A DNA stretch of 64,000 nt from positions 1-64,000 of the forward strand of contig QPMI01000400.1 of NCBI GenBank assembly GCA_004431415.1, in the 5' to 3' direction. The notes under the pieces are model-generated. The model made no database searches. It saw only the letters and a program-made list of their open reading frames with translations, and had not been told where the DNA came from. Shown here piece after piece: positions 47,587-64,000 of the stretch; the stretch's first letter is position 1; every line of letters begins with the position of its first letter. The stretch comes from Cyanophora paradoxa CCMP329 (lineage: Eukaryota; Plantae; Glaucophyta). A program made the position numbers and the translations under genes.

Positions 47587-49680
47587 CTAGGCGTAGGAAT
47601 TTTCGTGGACGACGGGCTTGAGGCGGATGACGAGGACGGAGACGTTGTCCATGGTGTGCCTGCGGAGGGCCTCGCGCACGAGGGCGTCGGCGACGGCCTG
47701 GAGGGAGGAGGGTTCGGAGGCGAGGGCGCGCTGCGCGGCGCTCAGCGTCGCCACCGGCGGGCCCCCGAGCGCCCGCGCCAGGACGTTCGCCGCCGAGGGC
47801 TCCGACATGCTGTGCGGCAGCCGCCGCGGGCCGCCGCTCGTCGGCGAGGCGGGCGCCGAGGAGGCGTTGCCGGCGCCGGCGGGACGCGCGCCCGGGCTGA
47901 GCGAGGGGGCGGGGGCCTTGGGGGAGGAGAGGGAGAGGCCGGGGCCGATGGCCGGCAACCGCACGGGGGACGGCGGGCTCGTGCTGCTCGGCCCCGGGGC
48001 CCCCGACGAGGGTGCCGGCCCGGGGCTGAAGCGGCCCATCGGCGAACCGCTCCCGCTGCCGGAGCGCGTGCGCGGCAGGCCGCTGACGCGGGCGAGGGTC
48101 GGGGAGGCGGCGATCGCGGGGCCGGTCGAGGGCGAGGCGAGCGGGGCGCTCGGCTTGCCGGCCGCCGGCGGAGAGAGAGGCGGCGCGGCGGGGCCCGTGG
48201 AGAGGTCGGAGACGGTCTTCTTGCGGCGGTCGGCGAGGAGCGAGGCCTGCATGGCGGCCGGGTCCGAGAACTTGCGCGCCCCGCCCCGCGAGCCGGCCGC
48301 CGCCGCCGCCGCCGCCGCCTCGCGGTCGCGGGCGGCGGCCTCCTTGGCGGCCTCCTTGGCGCCGGCCTCGGTCAGCTTGCGGCGCACAAAGTCCACCACG
48401 TCCTGCGCCCCGCCGCCTCGCCGGGGGCCGGGCGGCAGGGCGGGGCGGGGGGGCGGGGCGGGGCGGGCCTGGGAGCTCATGACGTCGTAGAGGCCGTCGC
48501 AGGCGAGGACGATGAACTCGTCCTGGTCCGTCAGCGTGTACGTGTGCACGTCCGGGTCCGCCTGCCCGCACCCCGTCGGCCCCCCGCGCGGCCGCGGTCG
48601 CGGGGCGGAAAGGGGCTCGCACGGTGATCAGGTCCCCTCGGAAGCCTTGCCCGAAGGTCTGCCGGCGCGTGAGGAGGGGCAGGCGCGGGAGCGGGCGGGG
48701 GCGGGGCGGGGGCGGGAAGGGCAGTCGGCTCGCCTCTGTGGCGTTGTCCTTGAACTGTGCGGGGCGGGTGAGGCGGGGCGGGCAGGAAGGGGAGGGCGGG
48801 GCGGGACCGCACGTCGATGTCCCCGAGAGCGCGGGAGACGGCGAGGCAGCCGTTGACGGCGTTGCCGCGCACCCAGCCGCCGGCCGCCTCGATGCGCTGC
48901 CGCTCGAGGGGGAGCGCCGGCTTGTGGTCCGTCGTGAGGTCCATCGCGCGGCCGCGCCGGGACATGATCGCCCGCGAGTCGCCCACGTTCGCAACCACCA
49001 GCGTCTTCCCGTGCAGGATCGCCGTCACCTGCGCCCCCTCCCCGTTCAGGGGAATCCTCCGAGGCGGCAGCGGACCGGAGGCTGCGCCCACCGCCGTTGA
49101 TCCGCACTCGATGCCCTTCTTCCCAAGCGTGTCGAGAAACTGGCGGTCCGTGCGCGTGTACGCCTCCTTGACCGCCTTCGGGATGTCGCCTCGGAAGGAC
49201 CTGCCGAGGAGCAGGTCGACTACAGCGGGAGTTCGCTGGAGCTAAGCAAGGTTGGTGCGATCGGCAGCTATTCGCGGTGCTTGAGACAAGCACACGGCAT
49301 GGCAAGCTCCAACCCTGGCAAGCTCGCGCTCCAGCAACCGCGACTGGGATGCAGCACGCACCCTGATCGAATGATGTTCGCGTGCAGATGCGTTTTCATG
49401 TACTGTGCACACTCCGCCCCGCCGTGGCCGTCGAAGCTGGGCGGGCGGAACGGGGGTGAGGGGCCGTCGAAGCTGCGGGTGAGGGGCGGCACGGACACTG
49501 CGAAGTAACTGCATGGCATGTTAACGTCTGGAAACTTTTGAGCAAGGTCCACGAGCACAACATGCTCATCTGCAGGGCGAATTGGAAGGCGCGGACTGGG
49601 CGGATCTCGGGTGACGCACCCTCCATGCTTGGGCGCATCCCTTGCGCGCACGACGCGCCAACGACGGGAACGATGTCCAT
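47587..49680 (-). CDS. PP2C/PPM protein phosphatase
   Basis: QGMRPSME, FDGHGG, ANVGDSRA, DHKP, LAVSRALGD, LACDGLYDV, DNVSVLVI. Confidence 0.93.
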
Positions 49681-49899
49681 TCTTTGAACTGACCAGGGGG
49701 GCCGGTACTATTCGACGCTCCTCATGCTCGCCTCGCCAATCAGCTGCTTACAGCGAGCTCGCGAAGAGCGATGGATGTAGCAATGGATGTAGTTACAGCG
49801 AGCTCGCGACCCGCGCCTCGCAGGAACTTCTCGTTTCGGGGGGTATACGACAAATCAGGCGCATCCTCCGGCCCGACGAGTTCATCAAAAGCAGCTTCC

Positions 49900-50636
49900 A
49901 TGGCGTTCGTTAGCAGTCTGGTAGTTCGCCCGAGCGCTGGCGTCGTCGGGAGCTCGGCATCGTCCGCAAGCTGCAGCCTCCGGTCTCCGGCGCGCTCCTC
50001 CGCGGCGTCGGTCGCACGCGCGTTGAGCGCTGGAAGCATCGCAAGCTCTTCCTTCCTCGCCAGCCGACGCTTCGTGCCGATCCGTGCCCCGGCGAGCTTC
50101 TCCGCCGGGCGTGCCTTTTTCGTGTCCGCCGCCTCGGTGGCGGACGTTCAGAAGCAGATCGACGGCGATAAGGTAGTAGTTTTCAGCAAGGTGCGGCGCC
50201 ACGCGCAAGGGTGTGCGACTGCACACACTAGGCGCCCCAATGATCAAACCCGCGCGCTCGCAGACTCACTGCCCCTATTGCTCGCGCGTGAAGGGCCTCT
50301 TCGCCGAGCTGAACGTGCCGGCGAAGGTCCGCGCGACGCTGTCAGCCCGCCTCGCGCGTGAGCCTTGGCTTGCCGCGCAGATCGTGGAGCTTGACGAGGT
50401 GGCCGATGGAAGCGCCATTCAGGCCACCTTGTTGGAGATTACCGGTCAGCGGACCGTGCCCAACGTGTAAGCCGCACACTTGCCGCACTCTTCCTTACTC
50501 AGCTGACACGCGCCCGCTTCGGTTCAGGTTCATCGGGGGCAAGCACGTCGGGGGGTGCGACAATACGATGGCGAAGCTGGCGGACGGCAGCCTCAAGACA
50601 ATGCTGGCCGATGTCGGGATCTCCATCTCCATTTGA
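49900..50636 (+). CDS. CPYC glutaredoxin with plastid-type transit peptide
   Basis: MAFVSSLV...Ser/Ala-rich leader; VVFSK/THCPYC, TGQRTVPNV, FIGGKHVGGCD. Confidence 0.92.
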
Positions 50637-50856
50637 GCGCGCGGGGCCACCACACTCGGGTCCCCCCATGTGTGCTGATAACGATTAATTACCTTCTAAT
50701 TTAGACTGGGACCTGACGGGCTTCCTTTGGACTGGGACCTGACGGGCTGAGCTAGCTCTAGAGCTACTGCAGCAAAAAAAAAAACTACACAGCACTAAAT
50801 CGCGTGCTGCTGCAAAATTGAGGTCCGACGGTCGGCCCGAGGGCCCTACATTTGCA

Positions 50857-55073
<4,217 letters not shown>

Positions 55074-55283
55074 CCCCGCGTTGCGCGGCGGCCGCTGTCA
55101 AGACTTGCCGCTAGCCGTGGGTCGGCTAGCTCATCCACGTTAAGCTAGCTGAAGTGTTTGGATGCTCGTTTTCCCTACCAGACAGCCAACCGGCCACGGC
55201 GTCCGCGTCTTCCTTAGCTGCTAGAAACTGTACCCTTCGTGATGCACCTGTACCCCTAGGCAACGGCTTGACTCGCCTCGCGC

Positions 55284-58200
55284 ATGCAGTCGTTCCTGCG
55301 AAGATACCAAGAGCGCTGCGCACTAAAGAAACAGCATACCAAGCTAATAGCAGGTCCGGCCTTCTTCAGCCTGTAGGGTCGTCCTGCGTCTTTCTGGCTT
55401 CGGGAAATCGCCGCTAAGCGTCCCGCTTGCGTGGCAGGTCAAGAGCTTTCCCGCGGCTATATCAAGTTTGCGGGCGCTGGCCTCTCGGACGCCGAAGCTG
55501 TCCCCATCGCCGAGGCGCTTTCCGTGCGTAGTTGGGCCCTAGCGTGGGCCCTGCCATCGATTTCGAGACATTGAGAATGACAATTCAGGGAGATTCGTTC
55601 GTTACGAAGCTCAGTCTCCGTTCCAACCAGCTCGGCGACGGCTTTTGCATCGCGCTTTCAACCGGTCTGCCCACTCCGCTGACGCTGCCTCAAGTGTTCT
55701 CGCACTCGCTTCGCTTAGCTTGCGCAGCGCTCAAAAGCAACCGGCACCTGAAGCACATCGACCTTCGACAGAATCCTATCGGCATCCGAGGCGCACTCGC
55801 GCTTTGCGGGTCTGTTGCGCCGCGACCCTTATTTTGACACACGTATTCTCACACATTCTTAGCTCCGTCAAAGACTCTCCTAGCGTTCAAACTCTGCTTC
55901 TTGAGGGAGCGAACATCAGCGAACAAGTGAGCCGCTTCTCCAACTCACACCTCCAGTCATTCTGGCTGACCCAATGAAAGGTTGCGCACACTCTCGATCT
56001 CATTTTGAGGGAAAGGATGCCGAACGAGAACGTCTTCGACAACGATTCGGAAGGCGAGGACCTCTATGCGCCCGCGGGCGGTGGCCCGCGCGAGGGCCAC
56101 ATGTCCCCTGGGGGCCGCGCGCCCACCCCCTCTGGCGGTCGCCCGCCGACGCCTTCCGGTGGGAGCTACGCCAAGCAGCATGCGGGCAGCAGCAGCGCGC
56201 GCGGGGCTCGCAGCCAACAGGATCTCAACGATCTCTTCGGCGACGAGGACCTCGCTGGGGGCGTGGACCTACCCGACAACTCGGGGGCACCGGCATCGTC
56301 CTACCCCAGCCGCCAGCCATCCGAGTACGGCCGGCACGATCACGGATACAGCGAGCAGGCGTACAGCGAAGCGGCGCAGGCGCACGATGCGGGGTACGAC
56401 GACGGCGAGCACGGCGAGCACTACGACGAGTACGAGCAGCCGCAGCAGGCCATGCCTCCGCCACCGGCCCCGCAGCAGTGGGGCTCCCGCCCTCGAACGC
56501 CGGCTCCCGGGGAGGGCCAGGGGCAGCAGCGGAGCAGCCGGCCGGGGACGCCGACGGGGCGGGGCCAGGTGCCCGTCGTCCGCCTGAACCTCCAGCAGGT
56601 GACAGCCCTCCAGCAGGCCTCCGGCGCCCCGCCACCCCCGCAGCCGCAGCCGCAGCAGCAGCCGCCGCCCCGCGCGCGCTCCGACTCCGGCCCCACCGCG
56701 TACGACCGCTACAGCGCCGCGCGCGCATCGGCCGGCTCCATCCAGTCCCTCCCCTCGACCGCCGCGTACGCCCGGCGCCCCTCGAGCCCGACGCAGTCGG
56801 CGATGGGGGCGCGCCCCGCGAACCCGTTCCGGGCGGATCCCGCGGGGGGCGCGCACGGCGGCTCGGGCCTCTCGGCGGTGCTGCGGGCGCCGGAGGTGGA
56901 CCGGACGGCGGAGGAGGTGGACCTCTCGCGGCACGCCTTCACCCGCGTCCCGACCCTCGACCGCTACGGTGCCATCCGCGTCCTCGACATCTCCCGCAAC
57001 TCCATTAGTGCGCGCCCCGCCGCCTCCCGCCCCGCCCCCCCCTCCCGGTCCGACGCGTTCCGCCCCGCAGGCAAACTCGAGGGCCTGCCGGTTTTCCTGC
57101 AGCACCTCGACGCCTCGCACAACTCGATCGAGATGATCTGCGGCCTCGACGAGCTCCGCAACCTGCAGGTGCCCAGCGCCCGCGCCCCGCCCTGGCGGCC
57201 CTGTGAGGGGCCAACGGGCCCCCCGCAGGTCCTCAACCTCTCCCACAACCGCATCTCGCGCGTCTCGGGACTCGACATGAACGTCGCCCTCCGCCAGGCG
57301 CCGCCCCGCCCGCCCCGCTCCGCCCGCCCCCGCTCACTGACCGCCCCGCAGCTCGACCTCTCCCACAACCGCATCCGCCAGGCCGTCAACCTCGAGCACC
57401 TCAAGAGCCTCGTCTCGTGCGCGAGCGCCCGGCCGCCCTCCGCGCGGCGGCGCGCCCGACTCGTGGCGCACGCAGGTTGGACCTCGGCCACAATCAGATC
57501 GCGACGATCGAGGCGCTGCGCAGCCTCTCCCTCAACGCCCGTCTCGTCTCCCTCGTCCTCTCCGGGAACCCCGTCACCGAGTCCGCCCGCCCCGCTCCGC
57601 CCTTCCTTGCGCCCCCGGCTGAGCGGCGGGCTGCAGGGTGCAGGGCTACCGCCCGACCATCCGCGCCATCATGCCGAACCTCGCCGCCCTCGACCTCCAC
57701 AGTGAGCCGACGCCTTCCGCCCCGCGCCGCCGGGTGGCCCGACCGACGCCGCGCCGCAGAGCTGCCCGCCCCCGTGGACTCGCCGGCGCGCAACGCATCG
57801 CGGGGGACCTCGCCGGTGCCGGGGGCGCGGCCGCAGTCTCCGACGCCCGAGACGGCGATGCAGCAGCGCTCGTCGCTGCGGGCGGCGGCGGCGGCGATGC
57901 CGGGCGCCCAGATGGTGATGAGCCGCTACGGCGAGGAGATCCCCATGGTCTCCCTCGACCTCTTCTCCGGCATGCCCGTGCACCAGCAGCCGGCCCGCGG
58001 CCCCGCCCCGCAGCCGGCCGTGCGCCGCTCCTCCTCGCCGGCGACGCGGCGGCCGCCGAGCCCGCCCCTCCACCCGGGCACGGTCCTCTCTTCGTCGCTG
58101 CGGCAGCCGACGCCGGCGCGGGGCATCCCGAAGGGCCAGCTGCGGCTGGGCGGCCCGGGGGCGTACGACCAGCGCGACGCCGCGTACGCCGCCGGCACCG

Positions 58201-60170
58201 CCTCCGCCTACAACCCGAGCGCCGGCCGCCGCACCCCGGGCTCCTCCCGCGCCGCCTCGCCGGCCCCCGGCGCCCGCCAGGGCCTCGCCCGCGCCCCGAT
58301 GCGCTCCTCGGGGCCGGCGGCGAGCGAGGGGAGCCTGGCGGCGGCGGCGGCGGCGGCGGGGGTGCCGGGGATGGTGGCCGGCGTGGACCCCGCGACGCGT
58401 GAGACGGTGAAGAGCCTGAAGAGCGTTGTGCGGGGCCTCAACGAGAAGATCACGAAGCTCTACAACTGGCACCTCGTCGAGATGGACATCGTCGTGCAGC
58501 AGCAGATGCAGCTCAAGCGCGTCACCGAGGAGCTCCAGACCGCCAAGTCCACCATGAACTCCGTCCTCGAGCACTCCCACGTCTCCGAGGGCGCCTCCCT
58601 CAACCCCAACGTCCGCCCCCTCCCTCCCCCGGCGCCCCGCCGGCAACTCACGCGGCGCGCGCGCGCGCAGGGCGGCGGGGCGAGCCCCGCGGCGATCGAG
58701 GGCGAGCTGCTGCAGACCTACGAGGAGCTGCTCGCGACGCGCGACGCCCTCGGCCGCTGCATGCAGATCGCGGAGGACGTGCGCCGGCTGCCCGCCGCGC
58801 CGCCTGCGGGGCGGGCGCTGACGGGGGCGCAGCTGGCGCCGAACGCGCACGAGCTGCACAACTTCAAGGAGATGCTGCGCCAGTCGGGCCTCTACGAGGA
58901 CGGCCAGCTCCGCTCCGACTCCTACCAGCCGCCGCCCCCGCAGCCGCCCCGCCCCGCCTCCGCGCCCCGCATGCGCCCCGCCCCGGAGCCGCCCCAGGAG
59001 CAGCAGCCCTACTCGGGTCCGAACTGCCCCACCGCCCCGCGCGGCGCTCCGCTGACTCGTGCTTCAGGGCGGCAGACGCCGCCGCCGTCGGCCGGCCACT
59101 CGCGGCAGACGTCGGGAATGTCGGCCGTCGCGAGCGTGCCCGCTGCCAGCGGACGCGCGACCCCGACTCCCAGCGGCCGCGCCCCGCCCCCACAGGCGCC
59201 TCCCCCGCAGCGGCGGCCGTCGAGCCAGGCGAGCAACTTGGATGGGGCGCAGCCGGAGCAGCCGGCCTCCGTCCCGGCGTACCTTGCCCCGCCCCCACCC
59301 CGTCGCAGCCGCCCGCCCGCCCGAGCTCCTACACCGCGCCCCCCGCCCCGGCCCGCTCCCCCTCTCCCGCCCCCGCCCGGCTCCGGCCCCGCGCCCGCCC
59401 CGGCACCCTCCCCCGCCCCGGCACCCTCCCCGCCCCCGCCCCCGCCCCGTCGCCAGCGCCCCCTCCGCGGGCCCCGAGTCCGGCCCCACAGCCCGCCGCG
59501 GCACCTGCAGCGCCGACCCCGGTACCCGTCGCCGCCCCGACGCCCATTCCGGCCGCGCAGCCCGCGCCCTCGCCCGCGCCGCCCGCCTACAGTGAGCCCC
59601 CACCGGCCCGACGGCCGCTTTCCCGGGCTGACCGCGCGGTGCCTGCGCAGCGGCGCCGACGCCACAGCCGCCGCGGGCGTCGCCGTCGCCGTCGCCGCCG
59701 CCGCCGCCGCGGGCGGCGCCGGTGACGATGCCGCCGTCGACGAGCATCGCGCAGTGCCGGCAGGAGCTGGACGAGGAGCTGCAGACGACGAAGCTGGCCC
59801 TCTCGAACCTGATCGAGCTCTCGGAGCTGGAGGACTGCACGCACGAGAAGGTGGAGGAGTACAAGGGCCTCATCGACGACATCAACGTCTTCAAGGAGTA
59901 CAGCCCGCCGGGGGAGCTCCAGGGGCCCCTCCAGCAGCTCGGCGCCCTCCCCACCTCGGACTTCCGCACCCCGCAGCTCCGCGAGCTCGCCGACATGCTC
60001 CGGCAGCTCGAGAGCGCCAAGGCCGCCCTCTCCAAGCTCCTCAACACCATGCTCCACGCGCGTCCCGCCCCGCCCGGCGCCCCGCGCACCTGACGCCCCC
60101 GCAGGAGCCCCCGAACTCGTCCGCAGTCGTCGGCGTGCGGGAGCAGTGCAAGCGCGACTTCGGCGTTTGA
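55284..60170 (+). CDS. Leucine-rich repeat protein with coiled-coil and Pro-rich regions
   Basis: LSLRSNQL, IDLRQNPI, LDASHNSI, LNLSHNRI, LDLGHNQI, LSGNPV. Confidence 0.8.
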
Positions 60171-60288
60171 GGACTTGGCGCCTCGCTAGAGGGCGCAGTG
60201 CTCGCAGTGCTCTCTCAACTCTTCATTTGAAATCCAACAACACCAGTCGAAATTAAAGCGCACGGGGCATAGGAAAAGAATCGGCCGT

Positions 60289-61547
60289 CTAGAAGGGGGC
60301 CGAAGACGCGGAGGCTTTCGATGCCGGCGCCTGCTCCTTCCAAATGCCTTCGAACGGGGGCCGGTCCTTCCTCCTCCACTGTCTCTTCTTCTCGCCCGTC
60401 TTGTAGTGCTCGACCCAGCACTGCACGGCGTAGTTCCTCTTCCACTCGAGGATGAAGCCCGGGTCCCAGAGCTCCGCCGCGATCCCGAGGTCTTTGCACG
60501 TGCGCATCAGAGCGTTCGACTTGGCCGCCTCCACCGCCGTGCCTACGGTCATGCTGTATGGGCGCGCCGCAGTCACTTCCTAAGCTTTGAATGCGATTAC
60601 GCCGACGGGACGCACCTGCTTGGGTAGTACGTCTGCTCCCCTACGGCCTGACTCACAAACCTGCCCATCGCGAACAAGGCGTACTCCCGGTAGAGGACCA
60701 TGGCCTTCCCGTCGTACGACTGAGGGCGCGCTTGTCAGACGCGCGCCTGTCAGAGGCGAGGGCGGATGCCGCACCGGCTCGACACGCGCTTCGTGCCGCG
60801 GGATCAGTGCCCAACCACCGGGCCCGAAGGCTTCCAAGAGCCGAGCGCGGTACTTGATCTCCGGCAAATAGATCAGGCCGTCCGGCTGCGCATGCCGGGG
60901 CCGCGTATGAGGACCCCCCTGAGCTTTCGGCATGCATTTGGCCATGGGGCGAAAGAAGATCCGGTTTCGCGCCGGCCGGGCAGGCCTTATGCCGGGGCCG
61001 CGTATGAGGACCGTGTGGGCCGAGGGCGTACACGGCGAGCGAACCTTGATCTCAACATCTAAATGATTCAAGGGCGCCATGAGGCGTTCTGTTATCTCCG
61101 GACCAAAGCTGCACGCGGCGTGAGCATGAGCAACACACGCGCGAGGTCGGCACGGGCGAACGCGGCACCTTTCCGCGGAAACGCCTGCGTACATGTCGAG
61201 GCCCGTCGGCGAGAAGTCGATGACCGTCGCGTTAGGGGTTGCCGCGTCGTCGAATGCCGCAAACGCAGCTCCGGGGCCGGCGACGAAACCACGGTGAGGC
61301 CGGACGGAGAAGCGCGGCCTCGACTTCGCCGTTACTACGCCGTGGCCGGCGAACTCCTGTCGCATCAAATAAGCCCGGAAGCGACTCGGCGCTGCGCCAG
61401 GCGGCGGCACAGTACCTTCACACCGAGCCGCTCGGCGGGGCACGCTGTGCACAAGCGTTGCGCACCGGCTGCGCGCGACGGCTCCTGCACATTGGATAAC
61501 ACTGGCACGGCTCCTGCTGCGAAGGCGGCCATCGCAGCACCTGTCAT
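60289..61547 (-). CDS. MGM101: MGM101 (Rad52-type ssDNA annealing protein) with N-terminal transit peptide
   Basis: [60 protein letters not shown]. Confidence 0.9.
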
Positions 61548-61651
61548 GATTGTACCCCCCGCCAGTTTGAACTTCGCGAATGGATTTTGAGACGCCGGGC
61601 GGCCCAGCGACTGGGCCACAGGCCCCGGCGACCCCAGCGAATCTAGTCAAT

Positions 61652-64000
61652 ATGACGGAGCGACAGGCGCTGGCTTTCCTGCTGCGTCAGAGTTCGAGCC
61701 AGCCGACAAACCCCGCAGACGCAGCCCACGCCAAGGTTCGCCTTCTCCGCGTTGCTTCCGCCCATTGCGCACATTTACATGCCGACAGAGCGCCGTGCCG
61801 GGCAGTCCTCCACTCCAGCATCGTTCCCGTCAGGTTCGCTGCTGCCGCCTGTTGTTCGGGGGCCTGAGCGGGTCCATCCGATTCAGCAGGCATCGCGGAA
61901 GGCGACGGAAGACAGTGAGAACTGCTGTTCCTTCTGCAGGCAAGACGATCCAACATGCGGAGAACTTATCGGTGAGCCGACCGACTGCGCGATCGCCGCC
62001 GGGGTCGAACCTGCACGATCAGGGCCATTCGACGGGCACATGGCACACGAGATGTGCGCGATGTGGTCGCCGCGCGTGTACGAGGACGTCGACAAACTTC
62101 GAAACGTGGAAAAGGAAATCCGGCGCGGCTCGCGTATCGTGCGCGGCGCTGACGCTCGGCCTTCGTCGACTGCTTAAGCTGATATCGTTGCATACAGACG
62201 TGTGCCAAGTGCAGGAGGGTCGGAGCAACTCTTGGCTGCCACATCAGGTCCCTCCGACCCCTTCGTTATCTCGTGTCTCACTCTGAACGACTCGAATGCA
62301 CAGCGCCTGCCCGCGCTCGTACCATTACGCATGCGCGCGAGAGATCGCGACCTTCGACGAGAGCGCTTTCCTCATTGGCTGCCCCAACCACCCCGTCGGG
62401 AACCCCAAATCGAAGCAGTCCGTTGCCCCCCAGACGCCACCGAATCTTGGTGCTCGTTTCACTGACTGGGCCACTTCGCATAGGTCCGCTTCGGCTGCCG
62501 AGTTGCCGTCGGCATCGCAGTCGGGCGCGGCCTCTAGGGGCAGTCGCAAGCGCAAGCACGGGGCCGGACCGAGCGCGAGCGATTGCTCGGACACGGACGG
62601 GCCGGTTCAGCGGCAGCCCCTCGTTCCAGCAGACCTTAACCTTGGAAGTCGAACCAAACCGTCCGTTCCGCCTCCGCGGAGATCGCTGCAGGTCGTCACC
62701 AGCGAGCCATCGCCCGCCCCAGCCCCGCCAGCAAAGAATCAAGAGGCTGCCAAGCAGACGGCTCCCGCTGCCTCCGCTGGCGGCGGTTCCGAACCGGACG
62801 CTGCTAAGGCCCGCCCCCTCCAGCGTGCACCTGTCCCGCCGCCTCCCCAGACGGCAGCGGCCGCCCCGACGCCGCGTGGCCAGCCCGCGGTGCGAATCTA
62901 CTTGGCCCGGCTCGCTTCCTGCGCTCGCCCGACGCACGCGCGCGCAGGGCGAGTTCGCCGCGGGCACGCCGGCGCAGGCGCGGACGCCGCACGGGGCGCG
63001 GGACGAGGGCTTCATCTCCCCCGAGGCCTCCTCCGCCCGCAAGGGCGACGACGCGGCCGGCGAGAAGATCGCCGCCCCGACCCCCGTGCGGCCCCCGCCC
63101 TCTCGGGCGCGCACCGGTGCCCCCGCCTCTGCGAACGCCGTCCCCGCAGGCGCTGAAGGGCGAGGCGGTGGCGGCCGTGTCGGCGGCGGCGGCGGCGGCG
63201 GGGGGGGGCGAGGAGGCGGAGGTCGCGAAGACCCTCTGGTCGTCGGGCGCCGGCTCCCCGCCCCGCTCGAGCTCCTGCACCTCCCCATCCGACGGCTCCC
63301 CGGCCTCCGGTCCGCCCGCCCTTCCTCCCGTCTGCCCGCCCCCTGCCGATCGATGACGCGGGGGCGGCAGCGGGACCGGGCGGGTCGGGCCAGGCGTCGT
63401 CGCCAGCCCACAGCGCGAGCTCTGTGGAGGACCTCGTGCCTCCCCCTGAGGTCCTCCTTTCCGCCGCCCCGCCACACGCGCGCCCGGGGGCGTGAGGCGG
63501 GGGCGGCAGGTGGCGTCGCCGCTGGAGCGGCTGCTGGGGGAGCAGGAGCGGGAGCGGGCGGCGTGCTCCCGGAGCTTCGCGACCGACGCCTTCCGCCTCG
63601 AGAAGCTCTTCCTCGAGCAGCTCGCGCGCGCCACGCACCCGCGCCACCCCCTCTGCCCCGCCCCCGGCCCCGCCATGGGCCCGCCCCGCGCCCCCGGGGC
63701 CGGGGCCCCCGACGAGGCCGCCGGCAGCACGGAGGCCCTCATCTCCAAGTTCATCCACATGCAGGCCCGCCCCGCCCCGCCCCGGCCCGCCCCGGCCCGC
63801 CGCGTCCCCCGCGAGCGGGCGCGCAGGCGGAGATGCACCGGCGGTTCGTGCAGGAGCGGGGCACCCTGCAGCTCTCGCAGAAGTGGCGCCTCAACGGCGC
63901 CTTCGCCTCCTCCGCCCCCGCCGCCTACGCGCCCGCCGACCTCGCCGAGGCCCGCCGCGCCGCCGCGGAGGCGGCCACCTCGGTCCCCTGCGTCCCCTGC
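61652..64000 (+). CDS. Extended PHD-finger (zf-HC5HC2H-like) protein, runs off the window
   Basis: CSFC...[11 protein letters not shown]...CAKC...GATLGC...CPRSYHYAC...CPNH. Confidence 0.82.

Overview
The window has two compartments with a sharp junction at ~26312. Bases 1-26312 are AT-rich, intronless and gene-dense. They are the right-hand ~26 kb of an endogenous Polinton-like virus (PLV)/Maverick-type element; its left end lies outside the window. It encodes an rve integrase, a protein-primed PolB, a PolA-like (TVpol) primase-polymerase fused to an SF3 helicase, an A32/FtsK packaging ATPase, a double-jelly-roll major capsid protein, two head-to-head penton genes, a patatin lipase fused to an F5/8-type-C domain, a ~2,280-aa modular fibre (split by frameshifts), two paralogous fibre-like proteins, a small Zn-finger and a prokaryotic-type AdoMet decarboxylase. 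Three copies of a helically phased TGTCAGGCA iteron module with a conserved 96-97 bp spacer look like replication origins or relict termini and bracket the replicase and capsid modules. Most frameshifts I traced are single-base losses in short homopolymers, so the virus may be intact in vivo. Bases 26313-64000 are very GC-rich eukaryotic host DNA with many short introns, frequently GC-AG. It carries ZIP4/TEX11, V-ATPase A, a bacterial-type beta-lactamase-fold/golvesin-domain protein, DUF547, ankyrin, AK7, PP2C, glutaredoxin, a CAMKK-like kinase, an LRR protein, MGM101 and a PHD-finger protein. Phe-proximal transit peptides (MAF/MAAF) plus flagellar AK7 suggest a glaucophyte-like alga (inference). 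Family calls come from motif recognition by eye; no searches were run, and host exon boundaries are approximate.
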